IMG/VR virus record: IMGVR_UViG_3300045988_135825
Span: 1-33,243 of that record
Direction: 5' to 3' (one strand)
DNA: 33,243 bases
DNA from: a virus
Program-made: the position numbers and the translations under genes
Notes under the pieces: model-generated
Told to the model about the DNA's origin: nothing
Seen by the model: the letters and a program-made list of their open reading frames with translations, nothing else
Databases searched by the model: none
Shown here: piece by piece, positions 1 through 8,314 of the stretch
Position numbering within the stretch: position 1 is the stretch's first letter
Layout of the letters: the number at the start of each line of letters is the position of its first letter

Positions 1-55
1 AAATTAAGAAACCTGATTATTCAGGATATGTAAAGAAAGAAGATTATACTAAACT
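1..55. repeat. Terminal overlap: identical to nt 33189-33243 (closure of a circular contig, or terminal redundancy)
   Basis: The first and last 55 nt both read aaattaagaaacctgattattcaggatatgtaaagaaagaagattatactaaact. Confidence 0.95.
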
Positions 56-434
56 TCAAGGAGATTATACAAGCCTAGAAACTAATTACAATAACACTGT
101 TAAAACTTTAAGTGAAACAAATGACAAGATGACTAGATTAAGTCTAGAAAACAAACTTGTTAAAAAAGGTTTTAAAGAAGAAAACTTTGATGAAGTAGTT
201 AAATTAAGGAATAGTCTTTATGCTGATGAAAAAGATGATGATAAAGCAATTGAGGGAATAGTAACTAGATTTAAAAATACATATTTCCCAGAAACAGAAA
301 AGAAAAATAACATACCATTTACACAAGCACCTAATGAGGGTGGAGTAAATGGAAATAATGCTAATACTGGTAAAGATATAAAGATAACAAGAGGTACTAG
401 CATTAAAGATTTAATGATACCTGTAACTAAGTAA
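1..434 (+). CDS. Scaffolding protein, C-terminal part (continuation of 33074..33188)
   Basis: Open in frame 3 from nt 3 to the stop at 432-434. The product is charged and coiled-coil-like and lies directly upstream of the major capsid gene. The ATG at 129 in the ORF track is internal. Confidence 0.7.
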   Translation, partial: IKKPDYSGYVKKEDYTKLQGDYTSLETNYNNTVKTLSETNDKMTRLSLENKLVKKGFKEENFDEVVKLRNSLYADEKDDDKAIEGIVTRFKNTYFPETEKKNNIPFTQAPNEGGVNGNNANTGKDIKITRGTSIKDLMIPVTK

Positions 435-474
435 TTTTAGTTAAATATAGAGGAAAGAAAAGGAGGAAGAAATT

Positions 475-1632
475 ATGAATTTTACAGGAGTTAATTTAGA
501 CCTACAAGGTTTAATGAAAAGAACTTATGCTAATTTACTTTACAATTCTCAATTCTATAAAATGCTAAACAGAAGATGGTTTGAAGTTGGAAGAACTGGC
601 ACTCCAATTATTGAGATTGTTAAGCAATTAGACACTGCATTAAATGTAAGAAATAATGTAGAAATCGCACAAGGAGGAATTACAAACGAACTTGCTACTT
701 ACAATTCAGTAAAAGTTGACTTAACTGAATTACCTATGGACTATTCATTTAGAGTAAGCCCTATAGTAATGGGTAGTGGTATCGAAAGAGCAATCGAGGG
801 ACAAATCGAATTAAAAGAGGCTCAAATCTCTAGACAAATCGATGTATATGGCTTTAATAAATTAAATGCTGATATTACAGGACCTCAAGATGGTTCAATG
901 GCTTATACTGATGGACAAATCACTAAATGGGCTCCAGCAAGTGGAACTGAAACTATTGAATTAATTAATGATTTAAAATCTAAATTATTTGATAGAAATA
1001 TCTATGATGGATACCTATTAGGACTAAGTTCAACTGCTTATGCTTACTTTATCTCAAGTTTAACATCAATTCTTAAATTTGAAACAAGAGCAGGTGTTGA
1101 GGGTGTTGATATGGGACAAGTTGCTGATGCTTATGGTGTTAGTGTATTCCAAATCAATAGTAATGTAATTGAAAAAGATAAAGAAGGTAAAGATACAAAT
1201 GTAGTTGGATACTTTGCTAATGAAGTTGGTACAGTTGGTGATACATTCTGGAGTTCATTTGCTCAATACAATGGTAACTTCCCTGGCTACCCAGGATACT
1301 TCGTTGTTGAGGGAAATGTAATGTTCGGAGCAAAAGTAGTAAGACCAGAAGCAGTTATTAAATTAGTTGAAAGTATTCCAACAGTTGATGCTGGTTCATT
1401 CGATGCTGGTAAAGTTGGAACAACATATAACCAAACAACAGAATTCGCTGGTACAGAAGTTGTTAAATATGAGGCTGGTGGACTTCCTGCTGGATTATCA
1501 TTAAATGCAACATCTGGAGCAGTTACTGGAACACCAACAGAAGCAGGTTCATTCAATGTTTCAATCTATGGTGTAGATAAATATGGTAACTATTCTAATG
1601 CATTCAATGGAACAATTGTAATTGTTGAATAG
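475..1632 (+). CDS. Major capsid protein with a C-terminal Ig-like (He_PIG-type) domain
   Basis: Strong RBS aggaggaag before the ATG. 385 aa, placed between scaffold and head-tail connector genes. The C-terminus carries GGLPAGLSLNATSGAVTGTPTEAGSFNVSIYGVDKYGN, which matches the 'putative Ig domain' motif LPxGLxxxxxxGxxxGTPTxxG. Confidence 0.8.
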   Translation: MNFTGVNLDLQGLMKRTYANLLYNSQFYKMLNRRWFEVGRTGTPIIEIVKQLDTALNVRNNVEIAQGGITNELATYNSVKVDLTELPMDYSFRVSPIVMGSGIERAIEGQIELKEAQISRQIDVYGFNKLNADITGPQDGSMAYTDGQITKWAPASGTETIELINDLKSKLFDRNIYDGYLLGLSSTAYAYFISSLTSILKFETRAGVEGVDMGQVADAYGVSVFQINSNVIEKDKEGKDTNVVGYFANEVGTVGDTFWSSFAQYNGNFPGYPGYFVVEGNVMFGAKVVRPEAVIKLVESIPTVDAGSFDAGKVGTTYNQTTEFAGTEVVKYEAGGLPAGLSLNATSGAVTGTPTEAGSFNVSIYGVDKYGNYSNAFNGTIVIVE

Positions 1633-1651
1633 TTAGAAAGGAAGTGAGAAA

Positions 1652-2032
1652 ATGCAATTTTTCACAATAGCAGAGTTCGAGGATAAATACCCAGACTATG
1701 CAAATGCTGATATTTCAACTTGGCAGATAGAAGCAGTAAGTGAGATGATTTTCTCACAAATAGGCTTAAGATATAGGGACACAAGTTGGGATACGACAAG
1801 TGTCCCTTTGCCTATTAAAAATGCTTCTATGGAACAAATGAGGTTCGTATTAGAACATGACATTCCATTTGTTGATTTTGATAAAGATATAAAGGCAGGA
1901 ACAATGAGTTCTCCTTTAAAGACTGATTATTCTACTTTAGCACTAAGAATACTTGCTAATAATGGATATCTATATAGAGGTACACCAATGTCTAGTAATA
2001 TGGCTCTTACTATACCATTTGGAGGCGAATAA
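1652..2032 (+). CDS. Head-tail connector / DNA-packaging (gp6/gp15-like) protein
   Basis: RBS aaaggaagtgag. 126 aa. First gene after the capsid gene, the usual connector position. Confidence 0.55.
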   Translation: MQFFTIAEFEDKYPDYANADISTWQIEAVSEMIFSQIGLRYRDTSWDTTSVPLPIKNASMEQMRFVLEHDIPFVDFDKDIKAGTMSSPLKTDYSTLALRILANNGYLYRGTPMSSNMALTIPFGGE

Positions 2033-2033
2033 A

Positions 2034-2354
2034 ATGTTTCTAGTAAATGGTATGAAAGCAACATTAAGGCAGTTTAATCGTGATGAAAATGATGAAATAT
2101 TTGATGATACTAATTATAAAGAAATCACAATTAAATGTTGTCCTTATGATTGCGAAAGTGCTATAAAGTTCGGTATTTATACAGTTCCTGAGGCTACTGG
2201 TTATTATCAAGTTGGAAGACTTGTTGATGTAAAAGCAGGAGACCAAATAATTTATCTAGGCAAATATGCCGATAATAAAGTTCATACAGTGTTAAAAGTT
2301 CAAGATAGTTGGATATTTAATAGAGTAGAAAATAAAATTATAGCGGTAAAATAA
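2034..2354 (+). CDS. Head closure / head-tail adaptor protein (start corrected to the internal ATG)
   Basis: ATG at 2034 follows ggaggcgaataaa. The longer track ORF from 1953 overlaps the previous gene and has no RBS. Confidence 0.55.
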   Translation: MFLVNGMKATLRQFNRDENDEIFDDTNYKEITIKCCPYDCESAIKFGIYTVPEATGYYQVGRLVDVKAGDQIIYLGKYADNKVHTVLKVQDSWIFNRVENKIIAVK

Positions 2355-2713
2355 TGGCTGATGTTAAAGTAAATTGGTATCCAGGAAAGAAAAAGGAAGT
2401 ATTAGAGGCTTCTGATAAGATAATGTATGCAATAGCAAGACAAACACTTGATAGAACATTTCCTCATATTCCTATGTCAAGAAGAAAAGGAGTAGTCCAC
2501 ATGAGACAAACTTCAATGGCAGCAGGAGTTAGAGGAAGTGATGGAAATTATTATATAGGTTCTTATACCAACTATGCTAAATATGTATGGGTTATGCCTA
2601 GAACTACTAATTGGAGTGAACCTGGTACTTTTGGCAAATGGTATCAAGAAATATATACTAAGCAAAAAAAGAGTATTGTTGGAATTGCTATAAAGGAGAA
2701 TGAATTGAAATGA
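2354..2713 (+). CDS. Neck / tail-joining structural protein
   Basis: taATG coupling with the previous gene. 119 aa. Position within the head-tail joining block. Confidence 0.5.
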   Translation: MADVKVNWYPGKKKEVLEASDKIMYAIARQTLDRTFPHIPMSRRKGVVHMRQTSMAAGVRGSDGNYYIGSYTNYAKYVWVMPRTTNWSEPGTFGKWYQEIYTKQKKSIVGIAIKENELK

Positions 2714-3159
2714 CAAGAGAATTATTAGAAAAGAAACAATTAATCTTAATTAAATATCTTCAAAATATAATTGGTGGTTATACCACTGACAAATGGAAAA
2801 TAAAAGCCGAATATTCAACAAATGATAATGATAGTAGGGTAATAGTCGTACAAGAACAAAGCGGACAAAAACAAGTATTTTATGGCGATATATTGCCTAT
2901 GTATAATTATTATATGATTGATATATATGGACTTACAATTAAAGAGTGCAAAGAGTTATCTTTATTAATAGGTAATCTAATAGGAAAATCGGAAAGAATA
3001 GAAGTTGAAAATAAAGAAACTAATAAATTGGAAAGGTGGCAAATTATATTTACTCAATATGTTAATCCACAAGCAATAGAGTATATGGATATCAGAAGAG
3101 TTGGTTATAATTCTACCTTACAATGTATCATAAGTAAGATTTATGAAAAAGATTTATAG
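2710..3159 (+). CDS. Tail completion / tail terminator-like protein
   Basis: ATGA overlap with the previous gene. 149 aa. Lies immediately upstream of the major tail gene. Confidence 0.5.
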   Translation: MTRELLEKKQLILIKYLQNIIGGYTTDKWKIKAEYSTNDNDSRVIVVQEQSGQKQVFYGDILPMYNYYMIDIYGLTIKECKELSLLIGNLIGKSERIEVENKETNKLERWQIIFTQYVNPQAIEYMDIRRVGYNSTLQCIISKIYEKDL

Positions 3160-3174
3160 AAAGGAAGTGTAAAT

Positions 3175-3648
3175 ATGAATGAATTTTATGTAAATAATAG
3201 AGAAGTCATTAAAAACTTAGGTTTAAATACTGGTACTAGTGCAGTCCCTACGTTTACTCCTATGTGTACAACTACCGAGGTTGGTTTGACAACTGATTTC
3301 GAGCAACAAGACTGGTATGTGTTCTGCGATGCTATTCAAAGAAGTATAATCACTGGTGCTGCCATCTCTATTGATACTACTGTTAAAATTGATATGAATA
3401 ATGCTTCTATAGTTAAGATACTTGGCGATATTCATACATTAATCAAAGAAGGTACTGTTGCTCAATTCAATAACCAATTAGTACAATTTGAATTATTAAC
3501 AGGAGTTCAAGAAGGAGCATTGACTTATACTAAGTATAAAGTACCTTGTACTTTGAACTTTAGTGATTTAGGTGGTGCTGCTGAAGATAGTGGCGAGTTT
3601 GCATTGACTATTGTTGTAACTGGTAAAGGAGAAGTTGTAACAGGATAA
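3175..3648 (+). CDS. Major tail (tube) protein
   Basis: RBS aaaggaagtg. 157 aa. Last gene before the tape measure, followed by a terminator-like hairpin, as is common for highly expressed tube genes. Confidence 0.6.
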   Translation: MNEFYVNNREVIKNLGLNTGTSAVPTFTPMCTTTEVGLTTDFEQQDWYVFCDAIQRSIITGAAISIDTTVKIDMNNASIVKILGDIHTLIKEGTVAQFNNQLVQFELLTGVQEGALTYTKYKVPCTLNFSDLGGAAEDSGEFALTIVVTGKGEVVTG

Positions 3649-3654
3649 ACCTAT

Positions 3655-3687
3655 AAGGGTTGGGTTAAAAGCCCAGCCCTTTATTTT
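3655..3687 (+). terminator. Intrinsic terminator/attenuator hairpin after the major tail gene
   Basis: aagggttggg (3655-3664) pairs with cccagccctt (3672-3681), 10 bp with one G-U. It is followed by tattttat. Confidence 0.6.
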
Positions 3688-3707
3688 ATAATAAGGAGGT
3701 GGAATAA

Positions 3708-6700
3708 ATGAATGGAGGAGAAGTCATCTTCAAGTTTAAAGGAGATGATAAAGACCTAGAAAAAAAGACTAATGGTGTCACTGGTAAATTGAAAGCGAGT
3801 ACTGTTGCTCTTGGTAATTTAATGTCTAGTGCTATTGAAAAAGTCGGCAGTTCTTTGTTAGGACTTGGCAAAGATGCCTTGCAAGGTGTTGCTGATTTAG
3901 AGCAGAATATAGGTGGTGTTGAGACACTTTTCAAAGATAGTGCTGATACAGTTATAGAGAACTCTAAAAAAGCCTATACAACAGCGGGAATAGATGCTAA
4001 TAAGTATATGGAGCAAATAACTTCATTTAGTGCTAGTTTATTACAAAGCCTAGGTGGGGATACTGCAGAGGCAGCCAAAGTTGGTGATATGGCTATTCAA
4101 GACATGGCGGATTAACAAAATAGTCCGAGTTAAACGCATTGAACCTTATCAAGGGTGTGTAGTGTAAACTATGCTAACGGTGAAACTCCTAACGTGAAGT
4201 CGAGGACAATACCGTGGTAAGCCTATGAAAATAGGAAACTGTAACGACTATTCCGAAAGGAAGTAGAATTATTATTGATACATAATTCGAAGTGGTGCGA
4301 TTGACATAAATACAAATTTATGGTATAATACTACCAAATAAAAGGAGGATTATACTGATGTGGAAAGATATAAAAGGATATGAAGAAATATATAAAATTT
4401 CTGATACAGGAGAAATATGGAGCAAGGATAGATGGTGCATTGATAAAAAAGGACGCAAAAGATTTAGAAAAGGAATGAAATTAAGCCCAGATATTGCTTC
4501 AAATGGTTATTATAGAATTACTTTTTCTAAAAATGGCAAAAAGGTACAAAAATATTTGCATAGATTAATTGCTGAATATTTTATACCTAATCCAAATAAT
4601 TATCCACAAGTAAATCATAAAGATGGAAATAAGTTAAATTGTAATATAAAAAACCTTGAGTGGGTTACAAATCAAGATAATATAATTCATGCTTATAAAA
4701 ATGGACTTATTAATCATGTTAGAGGAATTAATCATCCGAATTATGGTTTATGTGGTGGGAAAAGCAAAAAAGCAAAAAAAATAATCGCTAAGAATATAAT
4801 AACTGGCGAAACAAAAATTTATGATGCAATGATAGAAGCAAAAAAAGATGGATTTTTACCATCAGAGATTTCTAGATGTTGCAATCATGGAGGAACACAT
4901 CATGGATACGTATTTGAGTTAATATGAGATAGTCTACTCCCCTAATAAATATCGGGAAACCGAGGGTATTAAAGGAATTCAAACAAGTTTGGTACCGCAA
5001 TAGAAAACATTCAAAATGCTTATCAAGGCTTCGCTAAGCAGAATTATACGATAAAATCAATGTCTACTTAATTAGTGATAATTAAGTAAGTGTATGTGAA
5101 CTTTATCAAGGGTGTGAGATTAAAATATAAGTAGGAAATGACTTGTTGAGATAATCTTGCTAACTGGGGAAACCTAAGTCAAAAGATATGGTTATCCAGT
5201 GCCAAGCCTAGAAATAGGAAGGTCAAACGACTATGAGTTCGTTACTCAGTACAATATCTATTGATACGATATTGGAAGTGCATACTATCTCAAATGAGAT
5301 AAAGATATAGTCTAATCCCACTTTTAAATAAGTGTTAAAGTACTAGGAAACTAGGGGTATAAATGGTTAGATAATTTAAAACTCGGTTGAAAGACCATAG
5401 CCGAGTATAAACCGAAGAATTAAACTGGAAGCCCATCAAAAAAAGGGTAATCAGAACCGAAGGCTATACAAAGTATAGTCAGGGGCAACGCATAGAGGTT
5501 GAAAAGATATAATACCTCCACGAGGCTTCGGAACTTTATATAAGTTAAAAGATATGCTGAACTATATAGATGATAAATATATAGAAATAAAAGATAAAAA
5601 ACTTTTATGTTAACAAGTGTATGGTGGCACAAAAACAGAAATGGAAAGATTACTTGCTGATGCTGAAAAGATATCAGGAGTACATTATGACATTTCTAAT
5701 TTAAATGATGTATTTAATGCTATTCATGTAATTCAAGAAGAATTAGATGTAACAGGAACGACAGCAAAAGAAGCCTCTACTACTATAAGTGGTTCAATAA
5801 ATAGTGCTAAGTCAGCATTTAGTAATTTCCTAAGTGGTGCAGGTGGAATTGAAGAAGTAATAAGTACCTTTACTACTGCTGGAACAAACATATCAAATGC
5901 GATAGTAAAAATGGCACCTCAAATAATAACTGGTTTAACTACTTTATTGAATAATCTAGTACCTTTAATTGGCCCTTTACTTCAAGCGATATTACCAGCA
6001 TTGATACAAGGAACTTCAACATTAATAATGGGACTAGTTCAAGCATTGCCTGGTATTATTCAAATATTAATGGGTATGTTGCCTACTATAATTCAAGAAT
6101 TAGCAAATATGCTACCAGTTATACTTACTTCATTAATTCAAGGGTTAGTTATGATTATTCAAGAGTTGGCTAATCAATTACCTACATTGATACCAGTTAT
6201 AATAGATGCTATTCTTAGCACTATACCTATCTTAATTGATAATTTGCCTTTATTTATAGAGGCTGGTTTCAAATTACTAGGTGGCTTAATTGCTGGTATA
6301 TTAAATGCTCTTCCAATATTGCTAGCCAGAGCAGGAGAAATCGTTGTTGATTTAGTTGAATATTTCAAAGGAATGCCTAAGATGATGTGGGATTGTGGTA
6401 AAAATTTAATACAAGGCCTTTGGAATGGTATTAAGTCTGCTAAAGATTGGGTACTTGACAAGATAGCAGGTATAGGTAATTCAATAATGAAAAAAATCAA
6501 AGGAATATTTGGAGTACATAGCCCATCAACAGAGTTTGCATGGGTTGGTAAGATGAATATGCTAGGTTTAGAAAAAGGTATGGAAGATATGAAAGGACAA
6601 GTTAATTCAACAGTCGGAGGAATGTTTGATGATATGTTTAGTTTATCGCCTAGCCTATATGGAAGTTCAGGTACTAATTTAAGTCCACAAGTTAATGTAG

Positions 6701-6810
6701 TAGTAAATAACAATATGGAGCAAGACCCATTAGGACAAATGGTTAATAATATTAAGACATTTAGCGGTGGCTCTAAAAATGACTATAATTATGGAATGGG
6801 AGGAGCATAG
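3708..6810 (+). CDS. Tail tape measure protein, split gene: join(3708..4112, 4976..5052, 5366..5387, 5620..6810), 564 aa after splicing
   Basis: Exon 1 ends ...GDMAIQDMAD. A 77-nt exon encodes NSNKFGTAIENIQNAYQGFAKQNYT plus 'at'. A 22-nt exon supplies 'g' plus LDNLKLG. Exon 4 starts YGGTKTEMERLL. Joined, these rebuild the motif DMADN..K.G....IQNAYQGFAKQNYTMLDNLKLGYGGTKTEM, conserved in tape measures of Firmicute phages. Exon lengths 405+77+22+1188 = 1692 nt, divisible by 3. The C-terminal two thirds are hydrophobic and helical, typical of tape measures. Confidence 0.85.
4301..4329 (+). promoter_or_regulatory. Sigma-A-type promoter inside intron 1, driving the homing endonuclease ORF
   Basis: TTGACA (4301-4306), 17-nt spacer, TGgTATAAT (4321-4329). 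RBS aaaggagg lies before the ATG at 4358. Confidence 0.6.
4358..4927 (+). CDS. Intron-encoded HNH homing endonuclease (NUMOD4-like N-terminus plus HNH_3-type core)
   Basis: N-terminus MWKDIKGYEEIYKISDTGEIWS. Core motif VNHKDGNKLNCNIKNLEWVTNQDN. The ORF sits in a peripheral loop of intron 1 and its stop codon overlaps the 3' intron core (tgagatagtc). Confidence 0.85.
   Translation: MWKDIKGYEEIYKISDTGEIWSKDRWCIDKKGRKRFRKGMKLSPDIASNGYYRITFSKNGKKVQKYLHRLIAEYFIPNPNNYPQVNHKDGNKLNCNIKNLEWVTNQDNIIHAYKNGLINHVRGINHPNYGLCGGKSKKAKKIIAKNIITGETKIYDAMIEAKKDGFLPSEISRCCNHGGTHHGYVFELI
5053..5365 (+). mobile_element. Group I intron 2 in the tape measure gene (313 nt, ORF-less paralogue of intron 1)
   Basis: Shares blocks with intron 1: ttatcaagggtgtg, gctaac.g.gaaac.cctaa, aagccta.aaataggaa, aacgactat, atagtcta.tccc, ggaaac...ggggtat.aaa.g. 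Begins after U5052 and ends in G5365. Only these splice points give an in-frame ATG codon (at+g) and the TMLDNLKLG motif. Confidence 0.75.
5388..5619 (+). mobile_element. Group I-like intron 3 in the tape measure gene (232 nt, unrelated in sequence to introns 1 and 2)
   Basis: The 5' splice site follows U5387. A 6-bp P1 pairs ctcggU (5382-5387) with Gccgag (5400-5405), with a U-G wobble. The intron ends in G5619. Splicing joins ...LKLG to YGGTKTEM in frame. The class assignment was not verified by folding. Confidence 0.65.
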
Positions 6811-6812
6811 AT

Positions 6813-8303
6813 ATGAGTAGATTAAAAATGTTAATAAACAATGAAGAAGTAGTTTGCAATAAAGATTTTACTATAACAGAGGAAATGCTTGCTACTTCCT
6901 CTACCATTCTCAACAATTGTTATCCAAAAAGTTGGGAAAATGATAAAAATTATGTTTCAAGGTTTTATTATCCTAAAGACTACTCGAAATGTAAGATATA
7001 TAAAGATGATGTACTTGTTTTTTGTGGAGTAGTAAAAAATTCGGGGAACATAAGTCTTAACCCTAGATATCCTCACTTTTGCAGTTTGCAAATATTAGAT
7101 TTCAAAACTTTACTTAGTGAGGGCGAGACTTTAGATTATGTAATTAATAATAAGACAGTAATAGAGGCAATAGAAGATGCCATTGATGTAATTAGTTCTT
7201 ATGGCTTTGTGAAAGGAAATATAAATATATTTAATGGTGATGACATAATAGGTGCTTATTCTACTCAAAACATGACTGCTTATGATGTCTTTCAGTATTT
7301 TGCTGATATAACAGGTTCTAAGTGGTTTACTAGATTAGTGGATGAAGATACTGTGGCTATTGATTTCTATGACCCTACATTAATGCCTAAGGCTAATAAT
7401 TTAGAATATACAGAAGAATTCTTTGAAAATAATAACATTGTAGATATAAGTTTCAATTATGGAAGTAGAGATTATAGAAATAAACAAATAATGCAATCTG
7501 ATGAAGTATATGCTAGTATAGATTATATTGATAATTTAGTATCTAATGGCTATGATAGTACTTTCTTATTAACTTCAAATGTTGGTATAGTAAAAAGCAT
7601 AAAAGTAAATAATGTAGAAGTATCATTTACAACTAATGTAAATAAAGAAATAGGAATAGATGCTGATTTCTATTATACACCAGGCAAAAATCAAATAGAA
7701 AGTGCAGAAACTTATTCTGCAGGGACAAGAATTGAAATTGTCTACACACCTATTGTAAAAGGTAGACAAATAGTGTATAATAATGATGAAGTAGACAGAG
7801 TAGCAAATTCAATGGGTAGAAAAGGTATTATAGCAAGATATGAAAACAGAAATGATGCCATTTCTAGTTATGAATTAGATATGATAGGTCAGTCTTACAT
7901 TAAATATAAAGGCAGCACCGAAGTTAATTTAGTAGTCAAGACAAAAGATAAAGACCTTTATAATGTGGGAGAAGTTGTATATTTCGATGCTCCTATAGAT
8001 GACCTTAAGCAAGATTACATGGTAAAGAAAAAAGACATCAAGATAATTAATACAACTACACAAGAGTGCATTTTTTACACATACGAGTTATCAAGTTCAT
8101 TTAATAGTGAAAGAGCAATAAACTGGTTTGATAATCAGAGAAGAAAAGCAAAAGGAAATATAGGAGAAGGAGAGGCTATAACAAGAAATGTAGACATAGA
8201 AAATTCAGCAAATATAATATTTAATAATTATTCAAAAATTGAATTAAATGTAACAGGAGACAATACACTAAATTGTGGCTTAAATGCTCCATTTGTAAGT
8301 TAG
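6813..8303 (+). CDS. Tail tip / distal tail (baseplate hub-type) structural protein
   Basis: First gene after the tape measure, with an ATG 3 nt after its stop. 496 aa. Confidence 0.6.
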   Translation: MSRLKMLINNEEVVCNKDFTITEEMLATSSTILNNCYPKSWENDKNYVSRFYYPKDYSKCKIYKDDVLVFCGVVKNSGNISLNPRYPHFCSLQILDFKTLLSEGETLDYVINNKTVIEAIEDAIDVISSYGFVKGNINIFNGDDIIGAYSTQNMTAYDVFQYFADITGSKWFTRLVDEDTVAIDFYDPTLMPKANNLEYTEEFFENNNIVDISFNYGSRDYRNKQIMQSDEVYASIDYIDNLVSNGYDSTFLLTSNVGIVKSIKVNNVEVSFTTNVNKEIGIDADFYYTPGKNQIESAETYSAGTRIEIVYTPIVKGRQIVYNNDEVDRVANSMGRKGIIARYENRNDAISSYELDMIGQSYIKYKGSTEVNLVVKTKDKDLYNVGEVVYFDAPIDDLKQDYMVKKKDIKIINTTTQECIFYTYELSSSFNSERAINWFDNQRRKAKGNIGEGEAITRNVDIENSANIIFNNYSKIELNVTGDNTLNCGLNAPFVS

Positions 8304-8314
8304 GAGGTAAAAAT

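Larger units (their letters stand above)
4113..4975 (+). mobile_element. Group I intron 1 in the tape measure gene (863 nt, carries an HNH homing endonuclease)
   Basis: The 5' splice site follows U4112. P1 pairs cggaU (4108-4112) with Gtccg (4123-4127), with a U-G wobble at the cleavage site. The intron ends in G4975. P7-like strands are acgactat (near 4245) and atagtct (near 4929). The core is homologous to intron 2. Confidence 0.8.

Noticed and set aside
5617-5619. GTG at 5617 as the start codon of an independent C-terminal tape-measure ORF
   Set aside because: There is no RBS upstream. G5619 fits as the terminal G of intron 3, and the protein begins mid-motif (YGGTKTEM). The ORF-track start is an artefact of the intron.
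6174-6713. Long minus-strand ORFs in the track (for example 6174-6713, 11023-11532, 1287-1556, 11869-12204, 28093-28353)
   Set aside because: All lie antisense to well-supported + strand genes and lack RBSs. Their compositions (Ile/Leu/Phe/Ser-rich) are typical of antisense frames of AT-rich coding DNA.
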